Origin: Lama guanicoe
Taxonomy: Eukaryota
Assembly: GCA_013239625.1 (NCBI GenBank)
Contig: MU053482.1
Location: 5,159,775 to 5,188,424 of the forward strand
DNA: 28,650 nt
Direction of reading: 5' to 3'
In this document: positions 1 to 12,009 of the stretch, in pieces
Position numbering within the stretch: the first letter of the stretch is position 1
Layout: each line of letters starts with the position of its first letter
Translations under genes and position numbers: made by a program
Notes under the pieces: generated by a model
Told to the model about the DNA's origin: nothing
The model's input: the letters and a program-made list of their open reading frames with translations, nothing else
Databases searched by the model: none

Positions 1-600
1 CCCACTTCTTCAGCTGATCTTTATCCTCAGTCTTCTTTCTCTCACCCTCAGGAGAATGGCTTTAGGGGAAGGAGCCCACACCCCCCTTCCGCACCCGCTA
101 AGCGCTCTCTGTCCTTCCCCATGGAACGGACTCAAACCCAAGGCATTTTCATTTTCCTCGAGTGCTTCTTTGTATTGTTTAAAATGTACTCCGGAGACCA
201 GGTGAGCTCATTGGAATTCAGCACGACAACCCCCTCCAGCTTTTCAAAAAGGCTACATCTGAGGGAGGGTGGTGGGCGAAGTGGGGTTTTCCATTTAAAA
301 TTAGAAATTGCGAAATTCATGTTTTCCCCCAAAGAGCGGCTCATCAGTAAAAGGAAGTTTGAACCTAGAGCTGTGTATCCAGAGACCTCTGTGTGAACCC
401 CAAACACCTCCTGTGCTGGCTGCATTTGGCTGCGTGGAGAAACGCCTGCTCCAAGGAGGGAACCCTGTGCCCTGATCCCCCTTCGCACTCGGCGGCGTTG
501 GTAAGCACCTGAGAAGGGTTCTCCGTAGTAACCTGGGCTGTAGGATAAGATGTTTTTATCCTAGCGCCAACAGGCTAGGGTAGGGAGAGAATGGAGACGC
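1..600. promoter_or_regulatory. CpG/GC-enriched non-repeat region, probable CpG-island shore
   Basis: Clusters of CpG (gcacccgctaagcgc, cttcgcactcggcggcg) contrast with the CpG-poor remainder. NF-kB-like GGGGTTTTCC at 283-292; + strand donor-like TTG|GTAAGC at 500/501. Confidence 0.4.
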
Positions 601-968
601 TGGGAGAGCTATGGAGCTTATTTTTTCTCTGTTTCATCTTATCTCCAGTGTTTGCAAAAGACACCTTTCCATTTCATTTCCAAAGGCTAATAGATAAACC
701 AGTAGGTCACCGGCTTTGCTGGGAGGCCTGACCTAATTAATGTCCCTGAAGGCAAGACTATCCGTCTCTCCCAAGGCCAGCAAGCTAGGTTAAGATTATA
801 AGGAAGGGACTATTTGGGGGAGAAACAGCAGTTTCTAGGGAGGGAAATGAAATCCTGGCTTTGTTGGTACCATTGGGCACCAAAACCTTAGAAGCCTACA
901 GGACCAGAACAAAAAGAATAAAGGGAATAAAATGGCATGGAAATTACATTAACGTAATATAACATCAA

Positions 969-1524
969 TGTAATGTGCTCATCTGCTCAGCCCATAATCC
1001 ACCTTCCAGAGAAGCTGCATTCCTTTGGCCCTAAAAGTAGCCCTTGGCTACAGCATTATCAGGACATGTGCCTGCCCCCTACTTCCTGGCTCATTGATCA
1101 TAGATAGACACCTGACCCAAACTGAACAAATCAGTTCTCTCTCCAAGAGTTTAGATTTGGGGTCCAAAGGTGCTAACTGTCCCAGTTAGTCACTTGAATT
1201 GAAGAGATGCAATCTGGCAGCAGTAGGGTGGCCATTGTTTGTCCTGTAGGTAGAGAGGCTGGAAAACCTACCCCCCTGTAGAGACAGGAGGGGAATGAAC
1301 TGACCAGGTGAGCAGAAACCGAGAGAGAGAGTGTATGGGGCCAGACGGCCCCTGAAAGACCCTGACCTTGGCTCCTGAGGGCATCTTTGCTCAGGCCTGG
1401 TCACAACCTTGGATTCTACAAAACCCATCTCTTCTTATAATAATCCCTCACCCCTGGTTTTCTTTGATTAAGCCTATATGAGTGGGTTTCTGTTACTTAC
1501 AAACCAAGAACACTGGCTAAGGCA
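969..1524 (+). mobile_element. ERVL-type solo LTR (LTR33/LTR16-like)
   Basis: TG...CA ends; internal 'cctgacccaaactgaacaaatcagttctctctcc' and 3' end 'gagtgggtttctgttacttacaaaccaagaacactggctaaggca' are typical of ERVL LTRs. Confidence 0.7.
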
Positions 1525-2045
1525 GAAGCCCAGGAAGGTCCCCAGGCCAAGGTAGGAGCAGAGGGGGCTGGGGCAGCATTTGCGAGGTGAAGAGTTCGAC
1601 CTGGGTGTTGGGATGGGACTGCACCTGTCCTCACCTGGTCTGGACTCCCTCCTCCCCCAGATTCTGCAGGCCTTGTTGTCACTTTCTTATACAAGTAAGA
1701 CACATGTATATTCTCGTAAAGTTTCAAACAATATCAAAGTATGTATAATAAACACAGAAGTTTGTCATCACTCACTCAATCATAGGTCCTACCTCCAAGA
1801 TTATCTTTGCTCATTCCATATTTTGTACAGTCTGAAATGCCATCAACTGTCAGACACCTGCCCCTTTCAGAAATGCTCAAAGATGAAAGGAGATACAGTA
1901 GCATGTTGGATACTTTTCCAAATATTTTTCTCAGCATCTATAGATGTTTGTGTAGTTATTAGTTTTTTATCCTTGATAGATTCATTCCAAGCACACTGTT
2001 CTGCCTTCTGAACATTTCTTGGAGCATTTTCCTTTTTCAGTAAAA

Positions 2046-2138
2046 GACTTTGTTCCCTCCATGACTGTATCTCCGGTGCTAGAACAGTCCCTGGAACACG
2101 GTGCGAACTCAAGAAAGAAAGGTTCAACTAATGAATGA
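2046..2138 (+). mobile_element. L2 LINE 3' end
   Basis: 'ctgtatctccggtgctagaacagtccctggaacac...ctcaagaaa...atgaatga' resembles the L2 3' terminus. Confidence 0.7.
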
Positions 2139-2319
2139 CCAGTGTCCTTTGTTCTTCTAATGTCTACAAGGTCTTCAGTAGTTACTTATTCAACTTTTGC
2201 CCATTAAAGTAACCAGAATGGTCACTTTACTCAAAGGGATGGTTCCTTCCCATTTTTTCACCTTTCTGCTTACAAATAATACTGAAGAGCCTGGCTTGAC
2301 TGTGTTTATACAACAGGAG

Positions 2320-2570
2320 TGATCATCACTGAGTGCTCGCTATGCTACAGATGCTGTTGTAAGTACTTCACATGCATTAATTTATTTAACATTCATATCA
2401 ACTATTTGAGGTTGGTGTTATTATCATCATTCCCATTTTTCAGATGACAAAACTGAGAAACAAAGAGGTTAAATGACTTGTCCCAAAAGTCAGTAGGGAA
2501 CAAGTTAACAGGCAATGATTTAGACACCAAGCAATTTTGCTCCAAAGTCCAGGCTCATATCACTCTGCTC
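2320..2570 (-). mobile_element. MIR SINE, near full length
   Basis: Reverse-complement MIR core 'cccatttttcagatgacaaaactgagaaacaaagaggttaaatgacttg'. Confidence 0.85.
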
Positions 2571-2619
2571 CTTTGTTTGAATGGATATCTTGAAACTGAA
2601 TTGTTATGTCTAAGGGAAA

Positions 2620-3295
2620 GAACATTTCACTCCAAAAATGCTGCATCAGTTTAATTCTCTTCATCCTTTTTTGAGAATATCTGCTTCCCATCACCCTTGC
2701 CAATAATAGATGTTATCAGTTTTTAAGTCATTTAAAAATATAGGTAAAAAATATTTCATCGTTCATTTAATTTGTACGTCTAGGTTTACTGCAACATTGA
2801 GCTTCTTTCCACTGATTATTGGCCATCTGTATTTTTCCAATGAACTGCCTGCTCATTTTCTTTGTCCATTTTTTCCACTGGGTTTTTTGCCTTTCAGTTA
2901 TTGATTTTTAGGGACACTGAATATTATTATAAGTGTGGCAAAAAGTATTGCCTAGGCTGTTTCTTCAACATGATATGGTTTGTCATGCAGAAGTTTTTAA
3001 AGTCTGATGTAATTAAACACATGCATTTCTTTCTGCATATGGCTTCTGAGTTGCATGTCCTTTCCCACTCACAATGATAAAGTATTCTGTTTTCTTCTAA
3101 CATTTTATTTTTAGGTTTAACTCTGTATGCCATCTGGAACCTATGTGGGGATGTGACTTGGGCTCTAACTTAAGTGGAGACCCAGTGCTCCTATCACCAT
3201 TCTTTGATGTGCAATGTTTATCGTACATTAAATTTCCATAAATACAAGGGTCTATTTCTAGACTTTGTTTCATTGTTTTAATGGACTATTCCTGA
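2620..3295 (-). mobile_element. Old L1 (L1ME-like) ORF2 C-terminal fragment
   Basis: T-rich antisense L1 motifs 'cacccttgccaataata', 'tattggccatctgtatttttcc', 'ccatctggaa', 'gggtctatttctagact'. Confidence 0.75.
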
Positions 3296-3479
3296 GCACA
3301 TGTATGTGAAGCAGAGAGGCACAAAATTAATATCAATTATCTCCTTCATCTCTTGTTACCCTTCCTATATTCTTTTCCTCTCCACAGTTCAATCTAGAAA
3401 TCCATGCTTCTGTTACTTTTTATCTATTTAGAATCCTTCACCCTGAATTTTAGGGTACACATCTGACTACCTTCCTCTT

Positions 3480-3985
3480 TAATGAAATGACATAATGTAG
3501 TCACTTAATCATATCACTGTAATAGCTCTTTAGCTATAAATAACACAGCCTTCTCCCAGTACTATTAAGCCAGCCAATCTCTCCTCATTGATCAGAATAT
3601 AAAACCACTGAGTTTTTTCAGGTCACTTCTTAGGGTTTCTGGAGCTGAAACCATTCACCAACCTTCTTGTCAGTCATTCTGCTATAAGTTGAACCTGAGG
3701 TTTTGGGAAAGGATTCAGAGAGATGACTCCTCGTCGCTCCTGTATGTGCCATTTGTCCCCTTTCTGTGGAGGGGTCAGATGACATCACTGGATGTCTCCC
3801 CATGGTCATGTGGCCCGCCACAGAGTTCACAGAAGTCCTCAGCATCCCCTACATTCATTGGTTCTCACTCAAGTGACCCACATTTCACCCCTGTTCCTTT
3901 TCATAGGGTCTCTGGGAATAAAGGTGGCTCCTCTGTCACCATATTCCAGTCCAGCTCCAGTCTCCAGTGTCAGTAACACTATGAG
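3480..3985 (-). mobile_element. Highly decayed ERVL/MaLR internal fragment (possible protease remnant)
   Basis: Minus strand 'ttactgacactgga...ttcccagagaccct' resembles the ERVL protease LLDTG...IPGDP region; weak similarity only. Confidence 0.35.
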
Positions 3986-4112
3986 ATTCTTCTCAAGCAA
4001 TGAATAAAAATCTCAAATGTGTTCTGCAAGTTACCCATCTTCTACACATGGGTATTTTAATATTTGGGGCCGTGACAATCTAGTCCCTATTCCAGCTGTG
4101 TCTCCGTGCAAT

Positions 4113-4360
4113 GCAGTGCAGCATCCGGCCGAGAGCACAGTCCTGGAGGCCAGTCAGCTCTGTCGGAACCCTGCTGCCCCCTCAACCAGCTGTGCAACCT
4201 CAAGCCTCTGTCTCCCTCAGTCTCCTCATTTGTGAAATGGGGATGATGATGATGATAATATACGAATCTTACAGAGCTGTTGTGAGACTAAATGAATTGG
4301 CAATTATAAAGTACTTAGAACAGGACCTGACATGTAATAAAGTCCTGGGAATATTTGCCA
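4113..4360 (+). mobile_element. MIR SINE
   Basis: Core 'cctcagtctcctcatttgtgaaatgggg(gat)n...gttgtgagactaaatga...aaagtacttagaacag'. Confidence 0.85.
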
Positions 4361-4625
4361 AAATAAGTTAAATGAGCCATAAAGACTTCCCTCCATTTTC
4401 ATTACTCTCCCCATGTCACTCCCTCTACTTCACATAAAATTGGTTTATTTACATTTTTCTCTCCTTAAATACTCTTGTAAAAATGTTCTTTAGATATATC
4501 AGCTAGGCTTAGAACATATCTGCTTTTTCCCATCCACCAAAGATGCCCTGCAGATTTCTGAGACTGATGATCTCATAGAAATAACAGTAGCACAAGCAAT
4601 AATAGTGATGATGATGATGATGATA

Positions 4626-5071
4626 AAGAAGTCTGCAAGGCCTGTACGAAGAAAACTTTTAAGCTCTCCTGAATGAAACAGAAGATTTGCCCAAGTGGGT
4701 AGGAAGACTCCGTATCATAAAAATGTCAATTATCCCTGAGTTAATTTGTAAATTAACTCAAAAAAAACCCAATGTGTTTTTCAGAACTAGATAAAGTGAT
4801 TCTAAAGATTACATGAAAGATGCAAACAAACATAGCCTGGGAAACTGTAAAAGAGAAGAGAAATGAGAAGGGAACTATGCTTAGCAGATTTAAAAACTTT
4901 TTTATAAAGCCTCGTGTACTCTTGGTACATGAATTCACAGACTGACCGAAAAACAGAATAAGAAAGGAGCCTTTAACGTACAATAAAGGAGACATCTCCA
5001 CTCCATGGGGAAAGTAGAACTATTCAGTGCTGGTGCTGGGACAGTTAGGAGCCATCCTGAAAAACCAAAGA
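4626..5071 (+). mobile_element. Old L1 (L1ME-like) ORF2, part 1 (split by MER82)
   Basis: 'aggaagactccgtatcataaaaatgtcaattatccc', 'gaactagataaagtgattctaaa'; collinear with the L1 resuming at 5717. Confidence 0.8.
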
Positions 5072-5716
5072 CAGCTAGTTCTCACCAGCAATAGGTATAC
5101 TCTTCAATGTTGAAAACACTGAATTAGTGAATAGTGAACCATTCTTACTAGGAGAAATACAGGGTTAGGGTTCTGCAAGCCTCTGGTCACAACATTTTCA
5201 TCAACTGATCAATATATACCTTGATTTATGTGTCTTTCTGTTTAAAAACACCTTGTTAATATACATTGTTGACTCGTTAACATTGAGCTGATGGCCAGCA
5301 GCCCTATAACTCATCACCTGAGCAAATCTTATCTAACACCCATATTTTCTCTATGAGGCACTGTAATTATAACCTTCTTGTGCTTGAGAACACTCGACAG
5401 CACTTCAGCGCTACCCTTGGGGGCCATTTCAAACAGCAAAATTCCCAACAAACAGCACGGAAATGTGAAACGTGGTGCTAAATAGGCCACAAAAAGAACA
5501 CTCCTTTCCAGCACTAGAGCTGAAACTAGAAGGCAGAGCATCACATTGGTTGGCCTCAGCTGGGAACATGCACGTGTCCAGCAACTCAGATTTTCACCAC
5601 TCCTTGTATGTCCACAAATGACACCAAAAGCACTGTATTGATTTTGGAATTACAAATAAATTTCAGCAAGTAGGTGCATCTGTAAATGCAGAATCTGTGA
5701 ATAAAAAGGATAGATG
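5072..5716 (-). mobile_element. MER82-like TcMar-Tigger DNA transposon
   Basis: Resembles MER82 over its full length; minus-strand ORF contains the Tigger N-terminal remnant MAPKGSAEVLSSV.K.KK; TA at 5717-5718. Confidence 0.9.
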
Positions 5717-6915
5717 TACTTAGAACCGTATCTCACATTGCACTCTAGGATGAATTCCAAAGTATCAGATCTTGAACTGTAAAATAAAATAGTCATAAAG
5801 TATTAGATAAAATAGTGGACAATTTTCTTCATGACCTTGGAATCGGGAAGACTTTGCTAATCAAAACACAAAATCAAAAAGCCACAAATGACAATTGTTC
5901 AATTTGACTGCAGTGAAAAAACAAAAACAAATGACTTTGAGACAAAAAAGAACTACTACAACAGAAGTCAAACAACTTATTAAACAATCAGAACAGGGAA
6001 CAATAAATGACAAATTGGGAAAATACTTGTAATCCTTGTAAGAGCAGAAGGCTAATCTTCCTAGAATATAAAATGTCCTAGACATAGACAAGGGAAAAAG
6101 TAAACTCTAATTTAAAAAAACAAAACCAAAAAAACTGAAAAGGGATACGAAAATTCAAAGAAAAACTACAAAACTGCTCATAAAGCATATGAGATGCTCA
6201 ACTTTACTCATAATAAAAGGAATCTAAATTAAAACTATGCTTAGATATTATTTCTCATCAATCAGACTAAATCCAAAATCCAAGATACTGGAATGGTGTC
6301 ATGACACTGCTTTGAAGAAACATGTATTTTCACACATTTCTTTTAGGGGTTTTAATGGTACAGCCTATACTGAGGACAAATTGCCAACAATTATCAGAAT
6401 TCAAATGGATACAACCTTTGACCCAGAAATTTACTCTTAGGAATTTATCCCATCCTTAGGCACATGCAAAATGACCAATGGACAGAGTTATTCATTATAA
6501 TGTTGTTGGCATTAGCCAAAGATTAGAATGTCAATAAAACAAGGATTAAATACACTACGGTTATTTAAACAATGGAAGACTACAGCTGTAAAAACACATG
6601 GAAAGGCTCTTTATGGATTAACACTAAAAGATCACAGAGATATATTATTAAGTGAAGAGCAAGATGCAGAAAAATATTTATGTTATCCCTTGTGTAAAAA
6701 GGGGAGAAGAAACAATATTATGTGCACTGGCTTGCATATGCATAAAAAATTCAATGAAAGAATGATTAAGAAATTCATAACAGTGATTACCTACTGTGGC
6801 AACTAAGCAAATAAAGGAATAAAGTGGGAAGGAAATCATTTTAGAATTATTGATATTCAACTCTTAGAAATATATGCCATATTCAAAAAATTAAATACAA
6901 ATTTTTATTTAAAAA
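5717..6915 (+). mobile_element. Old L1 (L1ME-like) ORF2 end and 3' UTR, part 2
   Basis: 'atgaccttggaatcgggaagactttgcta', 'acctttgacccagaaatttactcttaggaatttatcc', A-rich terminus. Confidence 0.8.
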
Positions 6916-7481
6916 TGGAAGCTGGATAGATACGATTATCAGATGAAGGCACATTATCCTTTTATCAGCACAAAAACAGAAGCACAGTTAGAAACCCTAG
7001 GAAGAAAACAAACAAAAAAGCTATACAAGAAAGTCCTGATCCAAACCGAAAGCAAACGAAAATTCACTATGATTGCTGTAAATGATACGCTACCGCAGAG
7101 TGAATCCATCCAACCTCAGTGCTTCAGACAATGCCATTCAGGACCTGTCTGTTCCCCAAGGCTCAGATTTGGGGCAGTCAAATCAGGTCAGTGGATACCG
7201 ATTTAAATTCAGCCCTCCTGTTACACCCTTGTTGAAGCTTAGATCAATGACTTTCAGAAGGGAAGTTATCATGACTGGAAAGTCACTATTTGTCCCTGGC
7301 ATCCTGTCTTTTTATAAAATTACTAAACTAACTATTAAAATTAACACTAAATCTAACTTAAAAAAAAACCTTCCTTAAAACTACACACTTCTGTATTTAA
7401 CATGTAATAATCTAAAAACTTCACTTTGGTCATTCTACCAGCCCCAGCAGGCTCTGGGAAGACAAGGATGATTCAAAAAGT

Positions 7482-7520
7482 AACACAATGTTGTAAACCG
7501 ACTATACGCCAATAAAAAAA
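7482..7520 (+). mobile_element. Severely 5'-truncated young L1 3' stub
   Basis: 'aacacaatgttgtaaaccgactatacgccaataaaaaaa' flanked by caaaaagt at 7474-7481 and 7521-7528. Confidence 0.7.
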
Positions 7521-7776
7521 CAAAAAGTCAATGGAATAATATGACTCTCTTTGAAAGAACTCCCTGGCCATCACCACCATTGTTCAGCTGCTCTTTGCAG
7601 TCAGGCTGCGATAAGAAGAGCTGCGTGCCAGAGTTCCATCTCATTTTCTCTCAACTCTCCCTGAACTCTGTCCACCTGACTCAGACAGCCCTGAGGGGTC
7701 CACAGAACAGTGGAAGACTTGGTTGATGGATATATACATGTGATCATGGCATTTCATCACGGAATAGACTCCTGAG

Positions 7777-8000
7777 CAGGGGTCAGCAAACTACAGCCCA
7801 TGGACCAGATCTGGCTCCCTGCCTGTTTTGGTAAATAAAATTTAATTGGAACATGGCTACACCCATGCATTTACACATCGCTTATAGTTGATTTCATGAT
7901 ACAACAGCAGAGCTGAGTAACTGCAGCAAGAGAACATACAGCCTGCAAGCCAAAAATATTTACTACCTCGCCCTTTATAGAAAAATTTCACCAAACCCTG
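7777..8000 (+). mobile_element. MER58A-like hAT-Charlie MITE
   Basis: Terminal inverted repeats (TIRs) caggggtcagcaaact...ccaaaccctg, 224 bp, internal 'gcctgttttggtaaataaa...ttggaaca'. Confidence 0.9.
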
Positions 8001-9136
8001 TGTAAGAGTATCTAGGCCTGGCATCCAGACGTGATAGCACATGTAGCCTGAGTCACCACAAAAGTCCTGCTTTGGAGGGATAGATACAGGTGAAATCATC
8101 ATTACTATCATATACAGTAAGTGTACATGTGCATATGTATATTATGTGTGTACATATATGTATTGTATGTGTGTATATATGCATGGTAGCATAAATTCAT
8201 ATACATTCACTACAAAATAACAGTAAGAAAAGAAACAAGAATTTTACCCAAAGGGACTGTCATAATCTTACCCTCATTCTTTCTCACAAGAATCCAGTGT
8301 GTTCTACACACCTAAGGGAGGCAGCATAGTTTAATGCAAAGAACAGATAGATCCAATTAAGATCAGCCCTCTCACATCCTGGTGCCCTGGGCTCAAACCC
8401 TGGGCCTACAATGAACAGTACATATATACAAAATTTTTTAAATATGTGCAGGATATTGTGTACATGTACTTACATGCAATATATTGTGTATGTGCAGTCA
8501 AATTTTAACAATTCTACCTAATAAAACTGAAAAAAACAAAAACAAAAAAACAACCCTGTGTAAGAGTATCTAGGCCTGGCATCCAGTGGATTCCCACTGA
8601 CAAAATCAGACAGACGTGATAGCACATGTAGCCTGAGTCACCACAAAAGTCCTGCTTTGGAGGGATAGATACAGGTGAAATCATCATTACTATCATATAC
8701 AGTAAGTGTACATGTGCATATGTATATTATGTGTGTACATATATGTATTGTATGTGTGTATATATGCATGGTAGCATAAATTCATATACATTCACTACAA
8801 AATAACAGTAAGAAAAGAAACAAGAATTTTACCCAAAGGGACTGTCATAATCTTACCCTCATTCTTTCTCACAAGAATCCAGTGTGTTCTACACACCTAA
8901 GGGAGGCAGCATAGTTTAATGCAAAGAACAGATAGATCCAATTAAGATCAGCCCTCTCACATCCTGGTGCCCTGGGCTCAAACCCTGGGCCTACAATGAA
9001 CAGTACATATATACAAAATTTTTTAAATATGTGCAGGATATTGTGTACATGTACTTACATGCAATATATTGTGTATGTGCAGTCAAATTTTAACAATTCT
9101 ACCTAATAAAACTGAAAAAAACAAAAACAAAAAAAC
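7994..9136 (+). repeat. Direct tandem duplication: copy 1 at 7994-8551 (558 bp), copy 2 at 8552-9136 (585 bp)
   Basis: Copies read identical except for 27 bp (8587-8613) present only in copy 2. The unit contains a MIR 5' piece and an L1 3' end with A-tail. Confidence 0.97.
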
Positions 9137-9519
9137 CTCGACAATCCTGGGTATACTATTAGCTTCCTTAACAGGCAGATCAGTGGGAACCATATGTCAA
9201 GTGCTCTACACATAGTCAGCACCCAGTAGAAGGTGATTATTAGTTTTACTACACCTACCCTTCACTGCCGGGATCCCACTCTTCTCTTCTTGCTTCTTCC
9301 ATTCCCTGGTCCCACTACCCAACCACCATTTCCCTTAATTACTGGCAATATTAAAACCCTTTCTCTTATCTGTATTTAGGTCCTTATTTTTTAACTGCAA
9401 ATTATGGAAGGCTGGAAGCTTCACTAAGCTGCCACTAGCTATTAATCAAAGCAAGTCATGTAGTTATCTGAAAGAGATATATTTTTAGTTTATATATATA
9501 TATTTTTTTAATAGTTAAC

Positions 9520-10260
9520 ACCTTAAGTAATAAGGAGGAATCTCCACATCCTAGAAATGAAGAGGAAACTGAAAATCAGAACAATAAATATCAGAAGTGA
9601 CTCTGTGAAGGTCCTTGAAGAAGGGAAGTGATGCTAGTTTCAGTAATCTAGGGACTTGGGTTTCAACACCCACGTAAGGACAGGAAAGCCTATGTAGTGC
9701 TAGGAGCTAGACATGAGGTACCTACACAAAGCTTAGCACCTCCTAAAGGTGGGGGGGAAACTGTCCGTCAGCATGTAAGGATCTTAAGAAAGTTTATTAG
9801 TCTTTTCTAAGGCTCTGAACTGAAAAAAAGGAATAGTAAAAAATGTGAGCGGGCAACATACATGGGTTTGGACTTTGATTTTACACTCTCTGTGTGGTCT
9901 GAGGATATCAAAGATGTCCAATGACTGAAAATAATTACTGTATATATTTTGTGAGCTTATCTTCAGTGGGCTGTTAACCTGTGGGAATTTTGTGTCACTG
10001 AGAAATGAGTATAATCTGATAGAAGGAAGTACAAAACTCCCCTGGAGGAACATGCCTTCAACACTGGCTACACAGGGTTCTGACAGAAAAAGACCACTGA
10101 CTATGAGCTCATAATAAACAGTAACAATATAAAACATTTGAAAATATAATTCATCATGAGTAAGCAGACAGTATGCACCTTATAAAACACAATGTAATCA
10201 TTGAAATCTTAGATACAGTCTGCCCTCCATAAAATAGATACTTTTAAAGTTGTAAAAGAT
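9520..10260 (+). mobile_element. Old L1 5' region (L1ME 5'-end-like)
   Basis: 'gagctcataataaacagtaacaatataaaacatttgaaaatataattcatcatgagtaagcagacag' resembles the pre-ORF1 region of ancient L1s. Confidence 0.5.
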
Positions 10261-10261
10261 G

Positions 10262-10800
10262 AGAACTTCCACTTTTGCCCACTGTGAATGAAGTAACAGA
10301 GACTGGATATGCCCTTCCATTTGAAATAACCCCCAGAAAGGACATGACACCCGAAACAATGGTTTTCAGATACTGGAGATCAGGCAGTTCTGGACAGTGA
10401 CACCTGAGAGAGTGGGAACACAGACCCTGGGCCCAACAGTCCCCTCAGCTTTCTGCTTGGAGGGAACGTCCTGGCCACAACACAGGAAGAGAGAAGGGAG
10501 GCAGAGGCTTGCGGTTTCCTGGAAGACAGGGAGGCTGAAGGGGCTAGAGCTCACAGGACAGAGAAGAGGAAGGTCAGCCGAGAGAAAGCTCCAGAGAGCA
10601 TCGGAGCCTCTTGAGTCTTCAAGTGAACACAGCCCAGAGCATGCTTGTGGGGAAGCTCCCCAAGGAGGGGGAAACAGAGCAGGGGGAACAATCCCCGAAG
10701 TTCACACCAAGCCAGGAATGGTTCCCTTTCCTGCCAGCCAACATGAAAACCTCCTAATTCCTGGGCATTGAGTAGGTTACTTAGAAGGATGTCATTCACT
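10262..10800 (+). mobile_element. L1MC/L1MD-type 5' UTR
   Basis: Starts 'acttccacttttgccc...gaagtaacagagactgga', then 'gaaacaatggttttcagatactggagatcaggca...ggacagtga'. Confidence 0.7.
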
Positions 10801-10804
10801 GGTA

Positions 10805-10897
10805 ATATGAAGATTTAGAACAAAGACTATAGTGATAGACAAAGACAGACACTTGATAATAATAAAGGGGTCAATTCGTCAAAAGGAAATAATCCTT
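10805..10897 (+). mobile_element. L1 ORF2 endonuclease fragment
   Basis: 'gacaaagacagacacttgataataataaaggggtcaattcgtcaa' encodes a DK..H.IIIKGSI.Q-like motif. Confidence 0.65.
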
Positions 10898-11995
10898 GAC
10901 TTGAGGAGATGTAGCTGAGAGCCTGGGGGGACTGAGGAGACTAGCATTTGCAGGAAAGAGTAAAAGAGAAGACTGAGTATCACAAAAAGAGAGCTCCAGG
11001 GATCTGCAGAGGGTCTCCTTGAATATTCAGCTGAATATGATAAGCACATGCATGTGAGGAAACAAGCCAAAGCTGGGGAGAGAACATCCAAAACATTTAG
11101 AAGTAGCAATGCCCAGTGCTCCCATTAGTGAGGAATAGTGCCTACTCCCACCAGCCAGGCTGGGAACCTTACGATTCTCAGAGTATGAGGTAGAATACAC
11201 AGAAGACTCTAGTACCAATAGTGGGGAATAATTAGCTCTCTACTGAGCACTGCTTTGGCTTTGCCTAATAAATCCTAAAAGCAAATCCAGAAAGGCTTCA
11301 AGTAACTGTGTCCCAGATCAAAGAGTGAGAACAAAAATATCCAGCACCCATCAAGGAAAAATTCACAATGTCTGGGATCCAGTAAAAAAATTCCCAGATA
11401 CAAAAAAGGAGGAAAATATGATCCATAATGAGGTAAAATAAATACATATGTTAAAACCAAACCAAAACTGACACAGATATTAGAATCAGCAAACATCATC
11501 ATTAAAACACTTACTATAACTACATTCCATGTGTAGAGAAGAAAACCACAATGTGTGAGCTGGAAAATACACTAAATAGGATTAATGCCAAATTCCAAAT
11601 TAAATTTTACAAAGAAAAGGCTAATGAACCTGAAGATGGAACAATAGAAACTATCCAAAAAAAGAAACATAGAAAGAAAAGTGGATTTTTAAAAAATGAG
11701 GACAGCGTCAGTGAGCTATGGGAAAACTTCAAGTGGCCTAATAAGATTTGTAACTGGAGTCTCAGAAGGAGAGGAAATGTGGGGACACACACACACCCAA
11801 AACAAATCAAGAAATAATGACCATAATTTTTCACAATATGATGAAATCTATAAGCCCACAGATTCAAGAATCTCAGCTAACCCCAATCACAAGAAATACT
11901 AAGAAAACTATACCAATGTACACCATAATCAAATTGTTCAAAGCCAGTGATTTTAAAAAAACTTAAAAGCAGTTAGATTAAAAAAAAAACTAAAA
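10898..11995 (+). mobile_element. L1MC-like 5' UTR and decayed ORF1, part 1
   Basis: ORF track gives ELENTLNRIN..EPED.TIETIQ..SVSELWENFKWPN and VTGVSEGEE, matching ORF1p coiled-coil/RRM with frameshifts. Confidence 0.85.
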
Positions 11996-12009
11996 CAAAA
12001 CATATGTTT

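Noticed and set aside
217..235. REST/RE1 site (ttcagcac)
   Set aside because: Only the left half-site is present; the GGACAG half is missing.
541..563. Hairpin taggataa...ttatccta
   Set aside because: An 8-bp stem is expected by chance in 28 kb and is too short for a pre-miRNA.
943..974. Inverted repeat attacatt...aatgtaat
   Set aside because: It is short and AT-rich, straddles an LTR boundary, and has no further support.
121..2127. ORFs of 76-143 aa near the left end
   Set aside because: There is no recognisable domain, several have non-ATG starts, and some overlap repeats; they are consistent with chance ORFs.
5329..5544. Tigger-derived (TIGD-like) gene
   Set aside because: It holds only a few N-terminal transposase residues inside a non-autonomous MER82-like element.
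11551..11902. ORFs as a domesticated L1 ORF1 (L1TD1-like)
   Set aside because: The homology is split across frames by frameshifts and stops and is interrupted by another L1.
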